Shown: positions 1 to 16,351, counted from the first letter of the stretch. The stretch is 64,000 nucleotides of DNA from Nemertoderma westbladi (GCA_032718475.1 JAUCBJ010006913.1:1-64000), one strand, 5' to 3'. Made by a program: numbers and translations. The notes: generated from the letters alone by a model not told the origin.

Positions 1-318
1 GAAGCTTTTACATTTGTCCAAAGATATTTCTGTATTTCCAAAGTGTAAATAACTAAAACTATTCTCCGCTATGCAGCATACGAAGTCCTTATTTTATTCT
101 AAATACTATCATACATAAACTACATTTACTCAAATGTACGGGGTTGCGAACTAATTATTAGGTATTCCAGAATTTGTAACGCTAATTAGTTACGTTACTG
201 GGCTACACTAAAGACAGCCTAAATACCGTATTATTGGAGCTAACAGTAATTTAACAAGCATAAATAGAAAACAGAAACAATCAAATATCTAGCACCTATC
301 TAAAACATTACACATAAA

Positions 319-380
319 TAGCATTAGCATTAGCGTTAGCATTAGCATAGCATTAGCATAAACGTAGCATTAGCGTAAAC
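319..380. repeat. Short degenerate (TAGCAT)n hexamer repeat
   Basis: tagcattagcattagcgttagcattagcatagcattagcat... read directly. Confidence 0.75.
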
Positions 381-1372
381 GGCTAAGGTCACCCCAGATC
401 AATGTGATCTTTCTACCTAAACCTAGCTAGCCTAATAGCAAATCTGAGAGACAAGATCTAGGTCGCCTTGCCCCTTACAGCCTTAATGGCGACCGGCCCT
501 CGGTCCTAAACTTAATTCAGCCAACCGCAGCCACCAGCCCCGCCGGTAGTGCCGTGCATTGGATCCTCCAACTTCTCCCGTCGCTTCCAAACAGTGAGCC
601 CGCTGCCCGCGGCGCCTACCCCTAGCCCAACATGTTAAAGAGAGCAGTTACCGTAACGGCGCAAACATAGTAAAACCCAATCAGACAGTCAGACAGTCGA
701 AGGAAACAAACGTTGATTTTGGTTCACTACATTGCGCCAATTATATTTGCAATCAGAAATATAAAATCAACAGTCAGACTAAGCAGTAATCATATTCAAA
801 AGTCACAAATGTATGAAGAAAGCAGCAACATTTACAACCAACGGAAGTGCAAAAAACGAAGAATAAAGATGGCTACTGCTAAACTGTAGGAATGACGCAA
901 AGTCTAAATTTGCTCACATATTCAGGCGACATCCAGGGTTGTCTCAGCTGGATTTTCGACCAACCAGTGGGCAGAACTCAATTTAGAATCATTAAAGCAC
1001 GTAATCGCCTCAACTTAATTTGGCGATTATTAAAAGCACAATTTAGGCGTTATTTTAGCACAAACATCGATTTATAGGGATATGTAAATAAAATTAGCAC
1101 AAATGTATTAGATTCGATAGATATTGAAAAACGGCAAAATTCATATTTTGTTTTAAAGAATTTTGCCACCGCAAATGAATATATCAGGGTTTTATTATAA
1201 AATGACATAAATAGGGCTACATACTGTATAAAATCGACTGAATATAAAATGAACTTGTATATTTTTTATTTACCCTATCTAATTATTACGGTTGCACATC
1301 AATACGCACTTATCTAACTTATTTTATACTGTATAACGGGTTGTTCTGTACACAGCGCCATATATCGCAACA

Positions 1373-4300
1373 TGGAGTATTCCCACATATTTATATGTTA
1401 GGTGGAGTATTCCCACATATTTATATGTTAGGTGGAGTATTCCCACATATTTATATGTTAGGTGGAGTATTCCCACATATTTATATGTTAGGTGGAGTAT
1501 TCCCACATATTTATATGTTAGGTGGAGTATTCCCACATATTTATATGTTAGGTGGAGTATTCCCACATATTTATATGTTAGGTGGAGTATTCCCACATAT
1601 TTATATGTTAGGTGGAGTATTCCCACATATTTACATGTTAGGTGGAGTATTCCCACACATTTATATGTTAGGTGGAGTATTCCCACACATTTATATGTTA
1701 GGTGGAGTATTCCCACATATTTATATGTTAGGTGGAGTATTCCCACATATTTATATGTTAGGTGGAGTATTCCCACATATTTATATGTTAGGTGGAGTAT
1801 TCCCACATATTTACATGTTAGGTGGAGTATTCCCACACATTTATATGTTAGGTGGAGTATTCCCACTCATTTATATGTTAGGTGGAGTATTCCTACACAT
1901 TTATATGTTAGGTGGAGTATTCCCACACATTTATATGTTAGGTGGAGTATTCCCACATATTTATATGTTAGGTGGAGTATTCCCACATATTTATATGTTA
2001 GGTGGAGTATTCCCACATATTTATATGTTAGGTGGAGTATTCCCACTCATTTATATGTTAGGTGGAGTATTCCTACACATTTATATGTTAGGTGGAGTAT
2101 TCCCACACATTTATATGTTAGGTGGAGTATTCCCACATATTTATATGTTAGGTGGAGTATTCCCACTCATTTATATGGTAGGTGGAGTATTCCTACACAT
2201 TTATATGTTAGGTGGAGTATTCCTACACATTTATATGTTAGGTGGAGTATTCCCACACATTTATATGTTAGGTGGAGTATTCCCACACATTGATATGTTA
2301 GGTGGAGTATTCCCACACATTTATATGTTAGGTGGAGTATTCCTACACATTTATATGTTAGGTGGAGTATTCCCACACATTTATATGTTAGGTGGAGTAT
2401 TCCCACACATTTATATGTTAGGTGGAGTATTCCTACACATTTATATGTTAGGTGGAGTATTCCCACACATTTATATGTTAGGTGGAGTATTCCTACACAT
2501 TTATATGTTAGGTGGAGTATTCCCACACATTTATATGTTAGGTGGAGTATTCCTACACATTTATATGTTAGGTGGAGTATTCCCACACATTTATATGTTA
2601 GGTGGAGTATTCCCACACATTTATATGTTAGGTGGAGTATTCCCACACATTTATATGTTAGGTGGAGAATTCCCACACATTTATATGTTAGGTGGAGTAT
2701 TCCCACACATTTATATGTTAGGTGGAGTATTCCTACACATTTATATGGTAGGTGGAGTATTCCCACACATTTATATGTTAGGTGGAGTATTCCTACACAT
2801 TTATATGTTAGGTGGAGTATTCCCACACATTTATATGTTAGGTAGAGTATTCCTACACATTTATATGTTAGGTAGAGTATTCCCACACATTTATATGTTA
2901 GGTGGAGTATTCCCACACATTTATATGTTAGGTGGAGTATTCCCACACATTTATATGTTAGGTAGAGTATTCCCACACATTTATATGTTAGGTGGAGTAT
3001 TCCCACATATTTATATGTTAGGTGGAGTATTCCCACACATTTATATGTTAGGTGGAGTATTCCCACACATTTATATGTTAGGTGGAGTATTCCCACACAT
3101 TTATATGTTAGGTAGAGTATTCCCACACATTTATATGTTAGGTGGAGTATTCCCACACATTTATATGTTAGGTGGAGTATTCCTACACATTTATATGTTA
3201 GGTGGAGTATTCCTACACATTTATATGTTAGGTGGAGTATTCCCACACATTTATATGTTAGGTGGAGTATTCCCACACATTTATATGTTAGGTGGAGTAT
3301 TCCTACACATTTATATTTTAGGTGGAGTATTCCCACACATTTATATGTTAGGTGGAGTATTCCTACACATTTATATGTTAGGTGGAGTATTCCCACACAT
3401 TTATATGTTAGGTGGAGTATTCCCCCACATTTATATGTTAGGTGGAGTATTCCTACACATTTATATGTTAGGTGGAGTATTCCCACACATTTATATGTTA
3501 GGTGGAGTATTCCTACACATTTATATGTTAGGTGGAGTATTCCTACACATTTATATGTTAGGTGGAGTATTCCCACACTTTTATATGTTAGGTGGAGTAT
3601 TCCTACACATTTATATGTTAGGTGGAGTATTCCTACACATTTATATGTTAGGTGGAGTATTCCCACACATTTATATGTTAGGTGGAGTATTCCTACACAT
3701 TTATATGTTAGGTGGAGTATTCCCACACATTTATATGTTAGGTGGAGTATTCCTACACATTTATATGTTAGGTGGAGTATTCCTACACATTTATATGTTA
3801 GGTGGAGTATTCCCACACATTTATATGTTAGGTGGAGTATTCCTACACATTTATATGTTAGGTGGAGTATTCCTACACATTTATATGTTAGGTGGAGTAT
3901 TCCCACACATTTATATGTTAGGTGGAGTATTCCTACACATTTATATGTTAGGTGGAGTATTCCTACACATTTATATGTTAGGTGGAGTATTCCCACACAT
4001 TTATATGTTAGGTGGAGTATTCCTACACATTTATATGTTAGGTGGAGTATTCCCACACATTTATATGTTAGGTGGAGTATTCCTACACATTTATATGTTA
4101 GGTGGAGTATTCCTACACATTTATATGTTAGGTGGAGTATTCCCACACATTTATATGTTAGGTGGAGTATTCCTACACATTTATATGTTAGGTGGAGTAT
4201 TCCTACACATTTATATGTTAGGTGGAGTATTCCCACACATTTATATGTTAGGTGGAGTATTCCTACACATCTATATGTTAGGTGGAGTATTCCTACACAT

Positions 4301-7300
4301 TTATATGTTAGGTGGAGTATTCCCACACATTTATATGTTAGGTGGAGTATTCCTACACATTTATATGTTAGGTGGAGTATTCCTACACATTTATATGTTA
4401 GGTGGAGTATTCCCACACATTTATATGTTAGGTGGAGTATTCCTACACATTTATATGTTAGGTGGAGTATTCCCACACATTTATATGTTAGGTGGAGTAT
4501 TCCCCCACATTTATATGTTAGGTGGAGTATTCCTACACATTTATATGTTAGGTGGAGTATTCCCACACATTTATATGTTAGGTGGAGTATTCCTACACAT
4601 TTATATGTTAGGTGGAGTATTCCTACACATTTATATGTTAGGTGGAGTATTCCTACACATTTATATGTTAGGTGGAGTATTCCTACACATTTATATGTTA
4701 GGTGGAGTATTCCTACACATTTATATGTTAGGTGGAGTATTCCCACACATTTATATGTTAGGTGGAGTATTCCTACACATTTATATGTTAGGTGGAGTAT
4801 TCCTACACATTTATATGTTAGGTGGAGTATTCCCACACATTTATATGTTAGGTGGAGTATTCCTACACATTTATATGTTAGGTGGAGTATTCCTACACAT
4901 TTATATGTTAGGTGGAGTATTCCCACACATTTATATGTTAGGTGGAGTATTCCTACACATTTATATGTTAGGTGGAGTATTCCTACACATTTATATGTTA
5001 GGTGGAGTATTCCCACACATTTATATGTTAGGTGGAGTATTCCCACACATTTATATGTTAGGTGGAGTATTCCTACACATTTATATGTTAGGTGGAGTAT
5101 TCCCACACATTTATATGTTAGGTGGAGTATTCCTACACATTTATATGTTAGGTGGAGTATTCCTACACATTTATATGTTAGGTGGAGTATTCCTACACAT
5201 TTATATGTTAGGTGGAGTATTCCCACACATTTATATGTTAGGTGGAGTATTCCTACACATTTATATGTTAGGTGGAGTATTCCCACACATTTATATGTTA
5301 GGTGGAGTATTCCCCCACATTTATATGTTAGGTGGAGTATTCCTACACATTTATATGTTAGGTGGAGTATTCCCACACATTTATATGTTAGATGGAGTAT
5401 TCCCACATATTTATATGTTAGGTGGAGTATTCCCACACATTTATATGTTAGGTGGAGTATTCCCACACATTTATATGTTAGATGGAGTATTCCCACATAT
5501 TTATATGTTAGGTGGAGTATTCCCACACATTTATATGTTAGGTGGAGTATTGCCACACATTGATATGTTAGGTGGAGTATTCCCACATATTTATATGTTA
5601 GGTGGAGTATTCCCACACATTTATATGTTAGGTGGAGTATTCCCACACATTTATATGTTAGGTGGAGTATTCCCACACATTTATATGTTAGGTGGAGTAT
5701 TCCTACACATTTATATGTTAGGTGGAGTATTCCCACACATTTATATGTTAGGTGGAGTATTCCCACACATTTATATGTTAGGTGGAGTATTCCCACACAT
5801 TTATATGTTAGGTGGAGTATTCCCTCACATTTATATGTTAGGTGGAGTATTCCCACACATTTATATGTTAGGTGGAGTATTCCCACACATTTATATGTTA
5901 GGTGGAGTATTCCTACACATTGATATGTTAGGTGGAGTATTCCCACACATTTATATGTTAGGTGGAGTATTCCCACACATTGATATGTTAGGTGGAGTAT
6001 TCCCACATATTTATATGTTAGGTGGAGTATTCCCACATATTTATATGTTAGGTGGAGTATTCCCACATATTTACATGTTAGGTGGAGTATTCCCACTCAT
6101 TTATATGTTAGGTGGAGTATTCCCACACATTGATATGTTAGGTGGAGTATTCCCACATATTTATATGTTAGGTGGAGTATTCCCACATATTTACATGTTA
6201 GGTGGAGTATTCCCACTCATTTATATGTTAGGTGGAGTATTCCCACACATTTATATGTTAGGTGGAGTATTCCCACACATTGATATGTTAGGTGGAGTAT
6301 TCCTACATATTTATATGTTAGGTGGAGTATTCCCACTCATTTATATGTTAGGTGGAGTATTCCCACACATTGATATGTTAGGTGGAGTATTCCCACACAT
6401 TTATATGTTAGGTGGAGTATTCCCACATATTTATATGTTAGGTGGAGTATTCCCACATATTTACATGTTAGGTGGAGTATTCCCACTCATTTATATGTTA
6501 GGTGGAGTATTCCCACACATTTATATGTTAGGTGGAGTATTCCCACACATTGATATGTTAGGTGGAGTATTCCCACACATTTATATGTTAGGTGGAGTAT
6601 TCCCTCATTTATATGTTAGGTGGAGTATTCCCACATATTTATATGTTAGGTGGAGTATTCCCACATATTTATATGTTAGGTGGAGTATTCCCACATATTT
6701 ACATGTTAGGTGGAGTATTCCCACACATTTATATGTTAGGTGGAGTATTCCCACACATTTATATGTTAGGTGGAGTATTCCCACACATTGATATGTTAGG
6801 TGGAGTATTCCCACATATTTATATGTTAGGTGGAGTATTCCCACATATTTATATGTTAGGTGGAGTATTCCCACATATTTACATGTTAGGTGGAGTATTC
6901 CCACACATTTATATGTTAGGTGGAGTATTCCCACACATTGATATGTTAGGTGGAGTATTCCCACACATTGATATGTTAGGTGGAGTATTCCCACATATTT
7001 ATATGTTAGGTGGAGTATTCCCACATATTTATATGTTAGGTGGAGTATTCCCACATATTTACATGTTAGGTGGAGTATTCCCACACATTTATATGTTAGG
7101 TGGAGTATTCCCACACATTGATATGTTAGGTGGAGTATTCCCACACATTTATATGTTAGGTGGAGTATTGCCACACATTGATATGTTAGGTGGAGTATTC
7201 CCACATATTTATATGTTAGGTGGAGTATTCCCACACATTTATATGTTAGGTGGAGTATTCCCACACATTTATATGTTAGGTGGAGTATTCCCACACATTT

Positions 7301-10300
7301 ATATGTTAGGTGGAGTATTCCTACACATTTATATGTTAGGTGGAGTATTCCCACACATTTATATGTTAGGTGGAGTATTCCCACACATTTATATGTTAGG
7401 TGGAGTATTCCCACACATTTATATGTTAGGTGGAGTATTCCCACACATTTATATGTTAGGTGGAGTATTCCCACACATTTATATGTTAGGTGGAGTATTC
7501 CCACACATTTATATGTTAGGTGGAGTATTCCTACACATTGATATGTTAGGTGGAGTATTCCCACACATTTATATGTTAGGTGGAGTATTCCCACACATTG
7601 ATATGTTAGGTGGAGTATTCCCACATATTTATATGTTAGGTGGAGTATTCCCACATATTTATATGTTAGGTGGAGTATTCCCACATATTTACATGTTAGG
7701 TGGAGTATTCCCACTCATTTATATGTTAGGTGGAGTATTCCCACACATTGATATGTTAGGTGGAGTATTCCCACATATTTATATGTTAGGTGGAGTATTC
7801 CCACATATTTACATGTTAGGTGGAGTATTCCCACTCATTTATATGTTAGGTGGAGTATTCCCACACATTTATATGTTAGGTGGAGTATTCCCACACATTG
7901 ATATGTTAGGTGGAGTATTCCCACATATTTATATGTTAGGTGGAGTATTCCCACATATTTATATGTTAGGTGGAGTATTCCCACATATTTACATGTTAGG
8001 TGGAGTATTCCCACACATTTATATGTTAGGTGGAGTATTCCCACACATTTATATGTTAGGTGGAGTATTCCCACACATTGATATGTTAGGTGGAGTATTC
8101 CCACATATTTATATGTTAGGTGGAGTATTCCCACATATTTATATGTTAGGTGGAGTATTCCCACATATTTACATGTTAGGTGGAGTATTCCCACACATTT
8201 ATATGTTAGGTGGAGTATTCCCACACATTGATATGTTAGGTGGAGTATTCCCACATATTTATATGTTAGGTGGAGTATTCCCACACATTTATATGTTAGG
8301 TGGAGTATTCCTACACATTGATATGTTAGGTGGAGTATTCCCACACATTTATATGTTAGGTGGAGTATTCCCACACATTGATATGTTAGGTGGAGTATTC
8401 CCACATATTTATATGTTAGGTGGAGTATTCCCACATATTTACATGTTAGGTGGAGTATTCCCACACATTTATATGTTAGGTGGAGTATTCCCACACATTG
8501 ATATGTTAGGTGGAGTATTCCCACATATTTACATGTTAGGTGGAGTATTCCCACACATTTATATGTTAGGTGGAGTATTCCCACACATTGATATGTTAGG
8601 TGGAGTATTCCCACATATTTATATGTTAGGTGGAGTATTCCCACACATTTATATGTTAGGTGGAGTATTCCTACACATTGATATGTTAGGTGGAGTATTC
8701 CCACACATTTATATGTTAGGTGGAGTATTCCCACACATTGATATGTTAGGTGGAGTATTCCCACATATTTATATGTTAGGTGGAGTATTCCCACATATTT
8801 ATATGTTAGGTGGAGTATTCCCACATATTTACATGTTAGGTGGAGTATTCCCACACATTTATATGTTAGGTGGAGTATTCCCACACATTGATATGTTAGG
8901 TGGAGTATTCCCACATATTTATATGTTAGGTGGAGTATTCCCACATATTTACATGTTAGGTGGAGTATTCCCACTCATTTATATGTTAGGTGGAGTATTC
9001 CCACACATTGATATGTTAGGTGGAGTATTCCTACATATTTATATGTTAGGTGGAGTATTCCCACATATTTATATGTTAGGTGGAGTATTCCCACACATTG
9101 ATATGTTAGGTGGAGTATTCCTACACATTTATATGTTAGGTGGAGTATTCCCACACATTTATATGTTAGGTGGAGTATTCCCACACATTTATATGTTAGG
9201 TGGAGTATTCCCACTCATTTATATTTTAGGTGGAGTATTCCCACACATTTATATGTTAGGTGGAGTATTCCCACATATTTATATGTTAGGTGGAGTATTC
9301 CTACACATTTATATGTTAGGAGGAGTATTCCCACACATTTATATGTTAGGTGGAGTATTCCCACACATTGATATGTTAGGTGGAGTATTCCCACACATTT
9401 ATATGTTAGGTGGAGTATTTCCACACATTTATATGTTAGGTGGAGTATTCCCACACATTTATATGTTAGGTGGAGTATTCCCACATATTTATATGTTAGG
9501 TGGAGTATTCCCACACATCTATATGTTAGGTGGAGTATTCCCACACATTTATATGTTAGGTAGAGTATTCCCACACATTTATATGTTAGGTGGAGTATTC
9601 CCACACATTTATATGTTAGGTGGAGTATTCCCACACATTTATATGTTAGGTGGAGTATTCCCACATATTTATATGTTAGGTGGAGTATTCCCACACATCT
9701 ATATGTTAGGTGGAGTATTCCCACACATTTATATGTTAGGTAGAGTATTCCCACACATTTATATGTTAGGTGGAGTATTCCCACATATTTATATGTTAGG
9801 TGGAGTATTCCCACACATTGATATGTTAGGTGGAGTATTCCCACATATTTATATGTTAGGTGGAGTATTCCCACACATCTATATGTTAGGTGGAGTATTC
9901 CCACACATTTATATGTTAGGTGGAGTATTCCCACATATTTACATGTTAGGTGGAGTATTCCCACTCATTTATATGTTAGGTGGAGTATTCCCACACATTG
10001 ATATGTTAGGTGGAGTATTCCCACATATTTATATGTTAGGTGGAGTATTCCTACACATTTATATGTTAGGTGGAGTATTCCCACACATTTATATGTTAGG
10101 TGGAGTATTCCCACACATTTATATGTTAGGTGGAGTATTCCCACACATTGATATGTTAGGTGGAGTATTCCCACATATTTATATGTTAGGTGGAGTATTC
10201 CTACACATTTATATGTTAGGTGGAGTATTCCCACACATTTATATGTTAGGTGGAGTATTCCCACACATTTATATGTTAGGTGGAGTATTCCCACACATTT

Positions 10301-13300
10301 ATATGTTAGGTGGAGTATTCCCACACATTTATATGTTAGGTGGAGTATTTCCACACATTTATATGTTAGGTGGAGTATTCCCACACATTTATATGTTAGG
10401 TGGAGTATTCCCACATATTTATATGTTAGGTGGAGTATTCCCACACATCTATATGTTAGGTGGAGTATTCCCACACATTTATATGTTAGGTAGAGTATTC
10501 CCACACATTTATATGTTAGGTGGAGTATTCCCACACATTTATATGTTAGGTGGAGTATTCCCACACATTTATATGTTAGGTGGAGTATTCCCACATATTT
10601 ATATGTTAGGTGGAGTATTCCCACACATCTATATGTTAGGTGGAGTATTCCCACACATTTATATGTTAGGTAGAGTATTCCCACACATTTATATGTTAGG
10701 TGGAGTATTCCCACATATTTATATGTTAGGTGGAGTATTCCCACACATTGATATGTTAGGTGGAGTATTCCCACATATTTATATGTTAGGTGGAGTATTC
10801 CCACACATCTATATGTTAGGTGGAGTATTCCCACACATTTATATGTTAGGTGGAGTATTCCCACACATTTATATGTTAGGTGGAGTATTCCCACACATTT
10901 ATATGTTAGGTGGAGTATTCCCACACATTGACATGTTAGGTGGAGTATTCCCACACATTGATATGTTAGGTGGAGTATTCCCACACATTTATATGTTAGG
11001 TGGAGTATTCCCACATATTTATATGTTAGGTGGAGTATTCCCACACATCTATATGTTAGGTGGAGTATTCCCACACATTTATATGTTAGGTGGAGTATTC
11101 CCACACATTTATATGTTAGGTGGAGTATTCCCACACATTTATATGTTAGGTGGAGTATTCCCACACATTTATATGTTAGGTGGAGTATTCCCACACATTT
11201 ATATGTTAGGTAGAGTATTCCCACACATTTATATGTTAGGTGGAGTATTCCCACATATTTATATGTTAGGTGGAGTATTCCCACACATTGATATGTTAGG
11301 TGGAGTATTCCCACATATTTATATGTTAGGTGGAGTATTCCCACACATCTATATGTTAGGTGGAGTATTCCCACACATTTATATGTTAGGTGGAGTATTC
11401 CCACACATTTATATGTTAGGTAGAGTATTCCCACACATTTATATGTTAGGTGGAGTATTCCCACACATTTATATGTTAGGTGGAGTATTCCCACACATTT
11501 ATATGTTAGGTGGAGTATTCCCACATATTTATATGTTAGGTGGAGTATTCCCACACATCTATATGTTAGGTGGAGTATTCCCACACATTTATATGTTAGG
11601 TAGAGTATTCCCACACATTTATATGTTAGGTGGAGTATTCCCACATATTTATATGTTAGGTGGAGTATTCCCACACATTGATATGTTAGGTAGAGTATTC
11701 CCACACATTTATATGTTAGGTGGAGTATTCCCACATATTTATATGTTAGGTGGAGTATTCCCACACATTGATATGTTAGGTGGAGTATTCCCACATATTT
11801 ATATGTTAGGTGGAGTATTCCCACACATCTATATGTTAGGTGGAGTATTCCCACACATTTATATGTTAGGTGGAGTATTCCCACATATTTATATGTTAGG
11901 TGGAGTATTCCCACACATTTATATGTTAGGTGGAGTATTCCCACACATTTATATGTTAGGTGGAGTATTCCCACACATTTATATGTTAGGTGGAGTATTC
12001 CCACACATTTATATGTTAGGTGGAGTATTCCCACACATTTATATGTTAGGTGGAGTATTCCCACACATTTATATGTTAGGTGGAGTATTCCCACACATTT
12101 ATATGTTAGGTGGAGTATTCCCACACATTTATATGTTAGGTGGAGTATTCCCACACATTTATATGTTAGGTGGAGTATTCCCACATATTTATATGTTAGG
12201 TGGAGTATTCCCACACATTGATATGTTAGGTGGAGTATTCCCACATATTTATATGTTAGGTGGAGTATTCCCACACATCTATATGTTAGGTGGAGTATTC
12301 CCACACATTTATATGTTAGGTGGAGTATTCCCACACATTTATATGTTAGGTGGAGTATTCCCACACATTTATATGTTAGGTGGAGTATTCCCACTCATTT
12401 ATATGTTAGGTGGAGTATTCCCACACATTGATATGTTAGGTGGAGTATTCCCACATATTTATATGTTAGGTGGAGTATTCCCACACATTTATATGTTAGG
12501 TGGAGTATTCCCACACATTTATATGTTAGGTGGAGTATTCCCACACATTTATATGTTAGGTGGAGTATTCCCACACATTTATATGTTAGGTGGAGTATTC
12601 CCACACATTTATATGTTAGGTGGAGTATTCCCACACATTTATATGTTAGGTGGAGTATTCCCACATATTTATATGTTAGGTGGAGTATTCCCACACATCT
12701 ATATGTTAGGTGGAGTATTCCCACACATTTATATGTTAGGTAGAGTATTCCCACACATTTATATGTTAGGTGGAGTATTCCCACACATTTATATGTTAGG
12801 TGGAGTATTCCCACACATTTATATGTTAGGTGGAGTATTCCCACATATTTATATGTTAGGTGGAGTATTCCCACACATCTATATGTTAGGTGGAGTATTC
12901 CCACACATTTATATGTTAGGTAGAGTATTCCCACACATTTATATGTTAGGTGGAGTATTCCCACATATTTATATGTTAGGTGGAGTATTCCCACACATTG
13001 ATATGTTAGGTGGAGTATTCCCACATATTTATATGTTAGGTGGAGTATTCCCACACATCTATATGTTAGGTGGAGTATTCCCACACATTTATATGTTAGG
13101 TGGAGTATTCCCACACATTTATATGTTAGGTGGAGTATTCCCACACATTTATATGTTAGGTGGAGTATTCCCACACATTTATATGTTAGGTGGAGTATTC
13201 CCACACATTTATATGTTAGGTGGAGTATTCCCACACATTTATATGTTAGGTGGAGTATTCCCACACATTTATATGTTAGGTGGAGTATTCCCACACATTT

Positions 13301-16161
13301 ATATGTTAGGTGGAGTATTCCCACACATTTATATGTTAGGTGGAGTATTCCCACACATTTATATGTTAGGTGGAGTATTCCCACACATTTATATGTTAGG
13401 TGGAGTATTCCCACATATTTATATGTTAGGTGGAGTATTCCCACACATTTATATGTTAGGTGGAGTATTCCCACACATTTATATGTTAGGTGGAGTATTC
13501 CCACACATTTATATGTTAGGTGGAGTATTCCCACACATTTATATGTTAGGTGGAGTATTCCCACACATTTATATGTTAGGTGGAGTATTCCCACATATTT
13601 ATATGTTAGGTGGAGTATTCCCACACATTTATATGTTAGGTGGAGTATTCCCACACATTTATATGTTAGGTGGAGTATTCCCACACATTTATATGTTAGG
13701 TGGAGTATTCCCACACATTTATATGTTAGGTGGAGTATTCCCACACATTTATATGTTAGGTGGAGTATTCCCACATATTTATATGTTAGGTGGAGTATTC
13801 CCACACATCTATATGTTAGGTGGAGTATTCCCACACATTTATATGTTAGGTGGAGTATTCCCACACATTTATATGTTAGGTGGAGTATTCCCACACATTT
13901 ATATGTTAGGTGGAGTATTCCCACACATTGATATGTTAGGTGGAGTATTCCCACACATTTATATGTTAGGTGGAGTATTCCCACACATTTATATGTTAGG
14001 TGGAGTATTCCCACACATTTATATGTTAGGTGGAGTATTCCCACACATTTATATGTTAGGTGGAGTATTCCCACACATTTATATGTTAGGTGGAGTATTC
14101 CCACACATTTATATGTTAGGTGGAGTATTCCCACACATTTATATGTTAGGTGGAGTATTCCCACACATTTATATGTTAGGTGGAGTATTCCCACACATTT
14201 ATATGTTAGGTGGAGTATTCCCACACATTTATATGTTAGGTGGAGTATTCCCACACATTTATATGTTAGGTGGAGTATTCCCACACATTTATATGTTAGG
14301 TGGAGTATTCCCACACATTTATATGTTAGGTGGAGTATTCCCACACATTTATATGTTAGGTGGAGTATTCCCACACATTTATATGTTAGGTGGAGTATTC
14401 CCACACATTTATATGTTAGGTGGAGTATTCCCACACATTTATATGTTAGGTGGAGTATTCCCACACATTTATATGTTAGGTGGAGTATTCCCACACATTT
14501 ATATGTTAGGTGGAGTATTCCCACACATTTATATGTTAGGTGGAGTATTCCCACATATTTATATGTTAGGTGGAGTATTCCCACACATCTATATGTTAGG
14601 TGGAGTATTCCCACACATTTATATGTTAGGTGGAGTATTCCCACACATTTATATGTTAGGTGGAGTATTCCCACACATTTATATGTTAGGTGGAGTATTC
14701 CCACACATTGATATGTTAGGTGGAGTATTCCCACACATTGATATGTTAGGTGGAGTATTCCCACACATTTATATGTTAGGTGGAGTATTCCCACACATTT
14801 ATATGTTAGGTGGAGTATTCCCACACATCTATATGTTAGGTGGAGTATTCCCACACATTTATATGTTAGGTGGAGTATTCCCACACATTTATATGTTAGG
14901 TGGAGTATTCCCACACATTTATATGTTAGGTGGAGTATTCCCACACATTTATATGTTAGGTGGAGTATTCCCACACATTTATATGTTAGGTGGAGTATTC
15001 CCACACATTTATATGTTAGGTGGAGTATTCCCACACATTTATATGTTAGGTGGAGTATTCCCACACATTTATATGTTAGGTGGAGTATTCCCACACATTT
15101 ATATGTTAGGTGGAGTATTCCCACACATTTATATGTTAGGTGGAGTATTCCCACACATTTATATGTTAGGTGGAGTATTCCCACACATTTATATGTTAGG
15201 TGGAGTATTCCCACACATTTATATGTTAGGTGGAGTATTCCCACACATTTATATGTTAGGTGGAGTATTCCCACACATTTATATGTTAGGTGGAGTATTC
15301 CCACACATTTATATGTTAGGTGGAGTATTCCCACACATTTATATGTTAGGTGGAGTATTCCCACACATTTATATGTTAGGTGGAGTATTCCCACACATTT
15401 ATATGTTAGGTGGAGTATTCCCACACATTTATATGTTAGGTGGAGTATTCCCACACATTTATATGTTAGGTGGAGTATTCCCACATATTTATATGTTAGG
15501 TGGAGTATTCCCACACATCTATATGTTAGGTGGAGTATTCCCACACATTTATATGTTAGGTGGAGTATTCCCACACATTTATATGTTAGGTGGAGTATTC
15601 CCACACATTTATATGTTAGGTGGAGTATTCCCACACATTGACATGTTAGGTGGAGTATTCCCACACATTGATATGTTAGGTGGAGTATTCCCACACATTT
15701 ATATGTTAGGTGGAGTATTCCCACATATTTATATGTTAGGTGGAGTATTCCCACACATCTATATGTTAGGTGGAGTATTCCCACACATTTATATGTTAGG
15801 TGGAGTATTCCCACACATTTATATGTTAGGTGGAGTATTCCCACACATTTATATGTTAGGTGGAGTATTCCCACACATTTATATGTTAGGTGGAGTATTC
15901 CCACACATTTATATGTTAGGTGGAGTATTCCCACACATTTATATGTTAGGTGGAGTATTCCCACACATTTATATGTTAGGTGGAGTATTCCCACACATTT
16001 ATATGTTAGGTGGAGTATTCCCACACATTTATATGTTAGGTGGAGTATTCCCACACATTTATATGTTAGGTGGAGTATTCCCACACATTTATATGTTAGG
16101 TGGAGTATTCCCACACATTTATATGTTAGGTGGAGTATTCCCACATATTTATATGTTAGGT
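1373..16161. repeat. 30-bp tandem repeat array, about 493 copies (GGTGGAGTATTCCCACACATTTATATGTTA)
   Basis: Exact 30-bp periodicity across the 60-nt lines, single-base variants, one 2-bp deletion near 6603. It explains the MLGGVFPHIY and GILHLTYKCV ORFs. Confidence 0.99.
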
Positions 16162-16253
16162 TTTTCACACACTTTGTATTCCTCTTCAAGGAACGACAAT
16201 ACATACTGTAGCTCCAAAAAATTTCCCAAATAACCTCCTTTATTATTTTCTAG

Positions 16254-16351
16254 AATTACTCGACTCCAGTGGTCGGATCGTGGTCTTTACTTCTGCACAG
16301 CTATAAACAGCATAGGAATAGCTGAAGCTTCTGCATTCCTAGACATTGAAG
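16254..16351 (+). CDS. Internal coding exon: C-terminal half of an Ig I-set domain (ITRLQWSDRGLYFCTAINSIGIAEASAFLDIE)
   Basis: Pyrimidine-rich acceptor ttattattttctag, donor G|gtaagt, Ig F-strand motif D-x-G-x-Y-x-C. Ends in phase 1. Not present in the ORF track. Confidence 0.88.

Noticed and set aside
1341-16233. 1816-aa and 3213-aa ORFs of MLGGVFPHIY repeats and their antisense counterparts
   Set aside because: Translation of a 30-bp satellite that is open on both strands, is frameshifted at ~6603, and lies in an intron; no domain features
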